From a virus (lineage: Duplodnaviria > Caudoviricetes), in IMG/VR virus record IMGVR_UViG_3300049811_000501, positions 1 to 40,943 of that record: 40,943 nucleotides of DNA. One strand, written 5' to 3'. The notes beneath the pieces were generated by a model. That model searched no databases. It saw nothing but the letters and a program-made list of their open reading frames with translations, and had not been told where the DNA came from. Below, piece by piece: positions 34,513 through 40,943 of this stretch. A program made the position numbers and the translations under genes. Position 1 is the stretch's first letter; the number at the start of each line of letters is the position of its first letter.

Positions 34513-36558
34513 CTAAGCAATCTGAGTTTTGACTTTTTCCTCTAATAACCTGCTGAATATGCTCAGCATTTCCCGCGCCTGCTCCTCAGTGGTTTGGCCT
34601 GAAATAACAATCGTGGGAGCAAAAGTGATCGGGCTACCACCACTTCGCCCGGCGTCTCTTGCGCCAGCGGCATAGGCACTGCGTTGGGCGGGGGTTAATA
34701 CCGTCTCCGAGGAATTGGCGATCAACAGGCTGCTGTTGAGGGGTTTTCTGGCCATCTCGGTTTGTAGGGCTGCACCCAAACTGCCGGTACTGGCAGCAGC
34801 AAAATGGCCACGGTATGAGGGGCTGGCCACGGCTCTGGCAATCGGTTCTACCACCCCCCCCACCACTGGAATGCTGGCGATTTGTGAGCGGGCACGACTC
34901 ACTAGGCCATTAACAAATTGGGCGATGGCACTGGCGATCGCCGTTAGAGGTGAGGAGATATCGAGGGTCGGTGGCTCAAAACTGGCTATTGCAGCGATCG
35001 CCTGCCGTGCCATGTGCTGAATGAACTGGGTGAACGCCTGCCATGCGGTCGTCACGGCATTGATCACTGACTGAGCAACAAACGACCAGATGGCGGCCTG
35101 TTGGGCAACAATCAGCGACACCAGAGACATGGCCAGTGCCCCAATCACAGCGACGATCGCTAAGGCAATTTGGGGGGCTGCATGAACCAATGCCCCCCTC
35201 ATCATGTGGATACCGCCATTCATCGCCGCCGTAAACATCTGGGTCACAGCCCCCCAGTCAATACTGGCAACAAACAGCGTCAACTCATTGGCCACCTGGC
35301 CAACGATGACACCCAGATCAGACGATAGCTGCTGCCAGTTCACCTGACTCAGAAACTGACCGATCGCTCGAATGCCAGCATTAAACAGCCCTGCCAGTTC
35401 AGCCCCCATCCCTGCAACATCAAACCCATTACTGAACACTGACACGAGGTTGTTGAGTGCCTCCCCAGGTGATGCCCCTAGTCCCTGAACGCCCTCTAGG
35501 GCAGCGTTGATCGACCGAACCCAGCCAGTGAACGTATCCAGCCCGCGCTTCAGTAGCAGCATCGGGTCAGTACCGCCAATACCGAGTGCTGCCAGAGTTT
35601 CGCCCATCGTTTCAAACAAACCACTAGGGCCAATCAATGCCTTGAGGGACTCATTAAACGCGCTGAATGCCGATTGAGTGCCATCGGTGCCACTGTCCAG
35701 GTCTCGCATTAACCCAAAGATGCCAGAACTGGGGTCAAACAACACCGACTTAAAACTCTGAATCAACCCATCCACTGACACACTGGCATTGCGCTTGAAA
35801 TCCTCAGTGATGAATTTTTCGCCAGCCCGCTTAATCAGGTCTACCCGCGCTCGAACATCCAACTCTTGAAGGGACTTGACATTCATTTTTGCCAGTTCCC
35901 TTTCCAAGAAATTTAGAATCTGCGGGTTATTCTGAAATATTTGAATCTGCCTCAACATGGCAATACTGGCACCGCCTAGGGCATAGGTCAGACCCAACCC
36001 CGTATTACCAATGTCTACCCCAGAGCCAGCCGCCAATGCACCATATGACTCAGAAATACTAACGATCACGTTCTGTAGTTTTTGAAAATCAGCCACCCGC
36101 CCCGATGCATCCTGAAACGCTGGAATCACGTTGTCCTGAATCGTGGTCGCCAGCATGGCGTAGTCAGCAGTTGCCCCTGGCAGAGCCGCCGCCGAGATAG
36201 ACAAACGCTGATTCAGCCCCTCAATGAATTTCGTAGCCGTCTGGTAGTTTTCCCCAGTGAGGGCACTAAACGACGATGAGGCGCTGATCCATTGCAGTTG
36301 CAGTTGTGTCCCCTGAGCGATCGCCCCTTGGACAAATTGGATGGCTTGGCCAACCTGTTGGAACACTAACTGCGTTGCCCCAAACGCCATCATGGCGCGG
36401 TACATCTCTGTGGCCTGACTGGCGCCTATACCAAACTGCTGGCCGGTGCCGGTCATGTTTTGACGCAAACTAGCAATCTGTGACGAAACCTGACCAATAA
36501 CCTGCCCTGCCAAATTGTTGGCACGGATATTGATGAACAAGTCCATCAATCTAGCCAC
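34513..36558 (-). CDS. Tape measure protein
   Basis: 681 aa, A/G/S-rich and helical; follows tube and chaperone genes; ITFAPTIVISG C-terminus. Confidence 0.85.
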   Translation of the reverse strand: MARLMDLFINIRANNLAGQVIGQVSSQIASLRQNMTGTGQQFGIGASQATEMYRAMMAFGATQLVFQQVGQAIQFVQGAIAQGTQLQLQWISASSSFSALTGENYQTATKFIEGLNQRLSISAAALPGATADYAMLATTIQDNVIPAFQDASGRVADFQKLQNVIVSISESYGALAAGSGVDIGNTGLGLTYALGGASIAMLRQIQIFQNNPQILNFLERELAKMNVKSLQELDVRARVDLIKRAGEKFITEDFKRNASVSVDGLIQSFKSVLFDPSSGIFGLMRDLDSGTDGTQSAFSAFNESLKALIGPSGLFETMGETLAALGIGGTDPMLLLKRGLDTFTGWVRSINAALEGVQGLGASPGEALNNLVSVFSNGFDVAGMGAELAGLFNAGIRAIGQFLSQVNWQQLSSDLGVIVGQVANELTLFVASIDWGAVTQMFTAAMNGGIHMMRGALVHAAPQIALAIVAVIGALAMSLVSLIVAQQAAIWSFVAQSVINAVTTAWQAFTQFIQHMARQAIAAIASFEPPTLDISSPLTAIASAIAQFVNGLVSRARSQIASIPVVGGVVEPIARAVASPSYRGHFAAASTGSLGAALQTEMARKPLNSSLLIANSSETVLTPAQRSAYAAGARDAGRSGGSPITFAPTIVISGQTTEEQAREMLSIFSRLLEEKVKTQIA

Positions 36559-36746
36559 GTTGAGTCTTCCTCATGGCTGCCGCCTCACGTTCTCGAATCG
36601 CCATCACCGCAGCAATCATCATCTCTAGGCGCGATAGTGATAGGTTGTCATACTGGCTGATGTTATTGAAACTCTGGCCATTGATTGAAAAAACAATCTC
36701 GTGGTAACCCTGATCATCCCAGTTGGCTAACGTCTGCCAGAAACCC
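36551..36746 (-). CDS. Tail assembly chaperone, second frame (probably reached by frameshift)
   Basis: Open +1 frame from the chaperone 3' end to the tape measure start; no good start codon of its own. Confidence 0.55.
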
Positions 36747-37010
36747 GGCGATCGCCTCACTGACCCGTTTGAAATCAGCAAGGTTGAGTTCATCCAGTTC
36801 CTGTAGCGTTACACCTGGTTTATCACCCCATTGGATACAGATTCGCTGACACAGCCGCACTGACATCTCCACGTTTTTTTCATAGCCAGCATTATCGAGT
36901 TCTCGGATGTCGCGAACCTTGGGTTCTCTGAATGCCACCACGCGACCATCAGTGAGCGTAGTTGTTGAAGTGTTGGCGGCGGCGCCAACGTCTTTGGGTT
37001 GAATTTTCAT
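36714..37010 (-). CDS. Tail assembly chaperone
   Basis: TAATG coupling to the tube gene; FREPKVRD...ELDELNLADFKRV. Confidence 0.8.
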   Translation of the reverse strand: MKIQPKDVGAAANTSTTTLTDGRVVAFREPKVRDIRELDNAGYEKNVEMSVRLCQRICIQWGDKPGVTLQELDELNLADFKRVSEAIAGFLADVSQLG

Positions 37011-37453
37011 TAGACGTAATCCCACTCCTCGGCGCGAATGGTCAGAATCAGCTTGGAAATGTCTTGACTGCTTTTATCAGCCTCAAAACCACTTAGGCCG
37101 ATGGGCACCACGCCATACAACACCAGTGCCTTACCGATCGGCTCTGGTTGGGGGCCATAGCGGATCGATTGAACCGTAACCGTTTCCTGTGTCTCGGCTG
37201 GATCGTGGCGAAAATTTTTCCAGTACTGCACAATCACCTCGTCGGCTTCAGGGTCGAACGATTTTTCCAAACTCATCTCCCCTAGAGTACGCGGGCCAAC
37301 CAGTGGGTACAGTTTGTTACTGAGGCCATCACTGTAGTCAGAGGATTGCGACTGGTCATCTAATCCACTGAACTGTTCCCAGTAAGTGTCAATCCCCTTG
37401 AGAGTGACACGGTACTGATTCTTAGCAATTGGGCGGGGTTTGCGAATAGCCAT
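37010..37453 (-). CDS. Tail tube protein (gp19-like)
   Basis: 147 aa directly after the sheath gene; WEQFSGL...GEMSLEK. Confidence 0.85.
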   Translation of the reverse strand: MAIRKPRPIAKNQYRVTLKGIDTYWEQFSGLDDQSQSSDYSDGLSNKLYPLVGPRTLGEMSLEKSFDPEADEVIVQYWKNFRHDPAETQETVTVQSIRYGPQPEPIGKALVLYGVVPIGLSGFEADKSSQDISKLILTIRAEEWDYV

Positions 37454-38919
37454 TAATTACCTCCGGCGATGGGGATTCGAATCGTGCGGGCTAGGATGCG
37501 TTCTGCGGTGGGGCTAGGGCTAACGTAACTGTCCAGTTGAACAATGCCACTCTCTAGATCGCTGGCTGAATTGTTGCTGCGATCGCAAACATTGAGAAAC
37601 GCCAACTGCGATGTTTCACCGAAAAACGCCCGCGATCGCCAGAATCGATAGCCCACAGAGTTAGCAATCTCAGTGATGCGACCAAATAGCTGGCCAATGC
37701 CGTCACTGGCTGAAAACGCCACGTTCGCCGCCTCTAGCGACTCAATCAGCGTTCGGTTATAAATGCTCAGGATGATGCGGGTATTGATGAACCGATAGAG
37801 AGGGTTGCTGCTGCGACTGCGGGCACCATAGACCACCCAGCCCACTCGCGGAAAAAACCGAATGCAGTTTACACCGTCAGGATTCAGAGCCGCCTGATCA
37901 CTGGCGGTGATCCGCATGTCAGATTCAACAATGCCCCGAATGGGGTGGCGCGTACCCGCTGGAGGTTCCTGAAAACCCTCACGAGCAGAGCGTTTAAAAA
38001 ACACGATGGCCGCACAAATTGCAGCAGATACCATGCGATTGGCTGAATCCCTCAACCACGGGGCATAGTAGGCTAGGTGGCCTAGGGGACTGATGTAGGC
38101 CGCAGCTTCAGTGTCCAGTTCAGCCACGGTGTCAATCATGGCACCACAGTCAGCTAAACCAACCCAGTCAAGAGTAGCAGCCACAGACTCTAGGGCATTG
38201 GCCACCCGCAACCGCTCAGCCCGAAACACCAAACTCGCAAACGCCTCTGGGCAGATGATGAACCCCAGCGGCATATCACCGTCAAACGACTGTTGAATAG
38301 CCCGCACATAGTCCCACCACTGGGGGCTAGTGGGCACACCAACTGCCGTGGCGATGCTGAGTTTGGCATCGGTCTCGGTGATGGTAAACGGTGTGGCCGT
38401 GGGGTCGTTCTGATAAACAATCAGTAGCCCGCCGCTGTAGTCTGCACCCGCATCATCTAGGGCAGGGGTAGCCGTAACTCCCAATCCGTTTGCTGAATTG
38501 ATGGCAGTGGCTAGGCCATTGATCACTTCAGCATTGGTGGGGCTGGCATCAGCAGTAAACGACAACGGTGTGCCATTGATGTTCAGGCTGTAGACCCCAG
38601 ATGCGCTGAGGGTATCAACACTGACGATCGCCCGTGGCGCAATACCTAGTTTGCTGTAGTACAGTTGCCCCTCTAACTGAGAGACATTGCTGAAAAACAC
38701 GTCCAGAGTGGCGCGGTTGACGGCAACACTGCCACCAAACTGGTTGATAAAATCCTCGGAACTGCGCACCAGCGTGGGGGTATGAATAGGGGTGACGCTG
38801 CCAGTGGCCGAGCCAATCATATAGCAACGGTTGAATGGAGCGATTTCAGTAGGTGGAACGCCTGCGGTCTCCTCGAACAGGTAGATACCAGGGGCAGTTA
38901 GGTTGTTGATGTTGACCAT
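37453..38919 (-). CDS. Tail sheath protein
   Basis: APGIYLFE, AYYAPWL, PPAG, LNPDGVNCIRFFP..GWVVYGARS, FINTR. Confidence 0.93.
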   Translation of the reverse strand: MVNINNLTAPGIYLFEETAGVPPTEIAPFNRCYMIGSATGSVTPIHTPTLVRSSEDFINQFGGSVAVNRATLDVFFSNVSQLEGQLYYSKLGIAPRAIVSVDTLSASGVYSLNINGTPLSFTADASPTNAEVINGLATAINSANGLGVTATPALDDAGADYSGGLLIVYQNDPTATPFTITETDAKLSIATAVGVPTSPQWWDYVRAIQQSFDGDMPLGFIICPEAFASLVFRAERLRVANALESVAATLDWVGLADCGAMIDTVAELDTEAAAYISPLGHLAYYAPWLRDSANRMVSAAICAAIVFFKRSAREGFQEPPAGTRHPIRGIVESDMRITASDQAALNPDGVNCIRFFPRVGWVVYGARSRSSNPLYRFINTRIILSIYNRTLIESLEAANVAFSASDGIGQLFGRITEIANSVGYRFWRSRAFFGETSQLAFLNVCDRSNNSASDLESGIVQLDSYVSPSPTAERILARTIRIPIAGGN

Positions 38920-38943
38920 CGAGTTTTGGTAGAGACACTATCT

Positions 38944-38975
38944 ATACAATGCCCAAACTGATTTGGGCATTGTAT
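38944..38975. promoter_or_regulatory. Perfect 14-bp inverted repeat, candidate back-to-back late promoters
   Basis: ATACAATGCCCAAA-ctga-TTTGGGCATTGTAT between the divergent sheath and holin genes; the same 14-mer occurs at 17088-17101. Confidence 0.7.
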
Positions 38976-38996
38976 TAGTAGAGTTCTGGGAGTTTT

Positions 38997-39305
38997 ATGC
39001 GACCACGTCCTGCGATGGAATCGGGCACAATTCAAGGGGCTAGCATTGCATTACTTGCCTCATTCGTGGCGGCTATCACCCCACCTGCCGCGGCGATCGC
39101 CGCCCGTCAACATCCCGCCCAAGCTGAGAACTACCGCGACATTGCCTCAATCGTTTTAACCATCTGTTCGTTTCTGGGTGGGGTTGGCTCGGTTGGTGCC
39201 ATCAACAGCCGTCTAGGGCAGGGCGATCTATGGACACCCCGCGGCATCCCCGGCCCAGATCGCCAGCGCGTACTAGAGAACGGGGAGGGTCAGCGACGTG
39301 ACTAA
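38997..39305 (+). CDS. Putative holin
   Basis: Two hydrophobic segments; directly upstream of the endolysin. Confidence 0.6.
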   Translation: MRPRPAMESGTIQGASIALLASFVAAITPPAAAIAARQHPAQAENYRDIASIVLTICSFLGGVGSVGAINSRLGQGDLWTPRGIPGPDRQRVLENGEGQRRD

Positions 39306-40392
39306 AATCCTCAACGTTCCGTGGTTGTCACAGCTAGACAACGCCAACCGTCCCCTAGCCACCTGCAACGTCACCTGTGTAGCGATGGTCATGCGGTTTT
39401 TTGGCATCGTGGGCGATGGCAGTGGCCAACTAGAGGATCAGCTATTCCGTTATGCCCAACGCTCTGGCCTCAATATTCATAGCCCCTATGACCTAGATCG
39501 GCTGTTCGATTGGAAAAACATCCATAACGAGTTCCACGCTCGTGGAACTTGGGACGGGGCGCGGCGCTGGATTGATCAGGGTAGACCGCTGATTTTTCAT
39601 GGGTGGTTTACTCGTGCTGGCCATATCGTAGTCATCAGTGGTTATGACAGCGATCGCCGCGAATGGATTGTCGACGACCCCTATGGTCGCTATACCCCCA
39701 ACGGTTACGACACCCGCGCCAGTGGCTCTAATGTTCGGTACAGCTACGACCTGCTAGAGCGGCTGTCAGGACGTGCCAATGATGGCCAGTGCTGGCTGCA
39801 TTTCTGTGGGCCACGTAAAGATACGCCCCAAGCGCCGATTCTGGGCTGGACGGTGATTCAGGATTTGGGTAACTCAGCTGGTCTAACAGTTCGTGCCGTT
39901 GGTTACTCCGAGGGCAACCTAACCCTGCGGGGCGATCGCACTGCCAACTACTATGGCCACACCGACCCAGGCAACGCCCGCCGGAATATCGGTGCATTCA
40001 GTTACCAGCACCATCGAGGCAATATCACCCCCGTGCAGGCCGATAAACTCTGGCTCACTGAGCTAGAGACTCGGCTGCTGCCGCGCTACACCCAAAGGGC
40101 GATCGGCTTGCGAATTGAACCTAACAATCAATTGCTCTGGGCACTGTATGCAGACCTCTACACCCAAGCCCCTGCCGCTGTTCTGTTGGCAGGTGGTCTA
40201 CTAGATCAGATGGGACGGCTGAACGTCAACCTGACACTAGATCACATCGTCAACTGTCGAGTGCAGGCATTCTACACCCCAGAGGGCAGACTGGATGCTC
40301 CGGGATTTGGCAACGATCGAGTACGGCTAGAGCGTGACCAGCGGCGACGGACTCAGGCGATCATTGAGGCCGTGAACGCCTATGGCCAATAG
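39298..40392 (+). CDS. Endolysin: C39-like peptidase plus second (lysozyme-like) domain
   Basis: LNVPWLSQLDN..CNVTCVAM, GHIVVISGYD, DDPYG; AVGYSEGN...YYGHTDPGN. Confidence 0.75.
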   Translation: MTKILNVPWLSQLDNANRPLATCNVTCVAMVMRFFGIVGDGSGQLEDQLFRYAQRSGLNIHSPYDLDRLFDWKNIHNEFHARGTWDGARRWIDQGRPLIFHGWFTRAGHIVVISGYDSDRREWIVDDPYGRYTPNGYDTRASGSNVRYSYDLLERLSGRANDGQCWLHFCGPRKDTPQAPILGWTVIQDLGNSAGLTVRAVGYSEGNLTLRGDRTANYYGHTDPGNARRNIGAFSYQHHRGNITPVQADKLWLTELETRLLPRYTQRAIGLRIEPNNQLLWALYADLYTQAPAAVLLAGGLLDQMGRLNVNLTLDHIVNCRVQAFYTPEGRLDAPGFGNDRVRLERDQRRRTQAIIEAVNAYGQ

Positions 40393-40816
40393 GTTTCGGC
40401 TCTATCATCCACGCGCATTTGTGCAGGTGGGCGATCTGCGGTTTGCCTCTGGTGATGGCGTATTGATTGGGGCAACCGCAACCCTAACCGAGGGTAAACA
40501 GGCGGGCACCTGTAGCGTTGAGCTATACGACCCTGGCCTAAAACTAGCTGATCAGTTTTTTGCCAGCAGTATAGCCAGTGGCGGAATTGCCATTCCCTCG
40601 GAGTTAGAGGCGGCGCTCAACTCAGCCCCACCGGCCACGGGCAATGGTGGCGTTGGCGCACAGGCGGCAAACCTCAGTCCACGGGTAAAGTCTTTCCTCG
40701 ATGCGATCGCTTGGGCAGAGGGCACGTATGATCAGCCCGATGGCGGCTACACAACTATATTCACATTCCGACGATTCAATAGCTATGCAGACCACCCACG
40801 CCAATTGCAGTGTTCT
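40382..40816 (+). CDS. 5' part of baseplate hub/tail lysin gene (continues at 1..1782)
   Basis: ATG 40382 gives MANRFRLYHPRAFVQVG...VKSFLDAIAWAEGTYDQPDGGYTTIF...YADHPR, in frame with position 1; total about 738 aa. Confidence 0.85.
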
Positions 40817-40943
40817 GGGGGGTTGTGCAGTGATGCCAGCGGTCGTTACCAATTCCTATCAACAACATGGGATGGACTCAAAACTAAAATTGGGGCGGTT
40901 GATTTTAGTCCTGCTGCCCAGGATTTGGCGGCGGTTGAGTTGA
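40817..40943 (+). repeat. 127-bp terminal direct repeat, copy 2
   Basis: Identical to 1-127. Confidence 0.95.

Larger units (their letters stand above)
1..40943. mobile_element. Complete circular temperate cyanophage genome (myovirus-type, Mu-like head/neck genes, tyrosine integrase)
   Basis: Terminase, portal, capsid, sheath, tube, tape measure, baseplate, lysis, replication, repressor-like, integrase and attP features are all present; the ends overlap; HIP1 is abundant. Confidence 0.93.

Noticed and set aside
29383-38919. Stand-alone extracellular contractile injection system or tailocin
   Set aside because: Capsid, portal, protease and terminase are all present, so this is a phage tail
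40817-40943. Physical terminal repeat of the virion DNA
   Set aside because: The length of 127 equals a common assembler k-mer and the repeat falls mid-gene, so it is best explained as circular overlap

Overview
The window appears to be a complete circular genome (40,816 bp unique) of a temperate, contractile-tailed cyanobacterial phage. Bases 1-127 are repeated at 40817-40943, probably as an assembly overlap. The host assignment rests on roughly 35-40 HIP1 octamers (GCGATCGC, counted by eye), a cyanobacterial-type dcd, an nblA-like ORF missing from the ORF track, and an attP carrying the 3' half of a cyanobacterial-type tRNA-Pro. Head and neck genes are Mu-like (portal, MuF, protease/scaffold, gpG, gp36, gp37), but the phage has a tyrosine integrase instead of a transposase, and that integrase is split by a tnpB-only IS200/IS605 element. 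Main leads: (1) three proteins among the tail genes share an N-terminal leader and Cys4 module but carry unrelated toxin-like C-termini, a candidate virion-delivered polymorphic effector system; (2) the anticodon loop in attP is exactly inverted; (3) a SigF-like sigma factor fused to KilA-N, with a candidate late-promoter motif in front of most structural blocks; (4) a C5 methyltransferase with a nested out-of-frame subunit; (5) a tRNA-like RNA lacking a D-arm; (6) a Dam gene apparently deleted internally at a HIP1 site. Product calls come from motif recognition only; no database searches were run.
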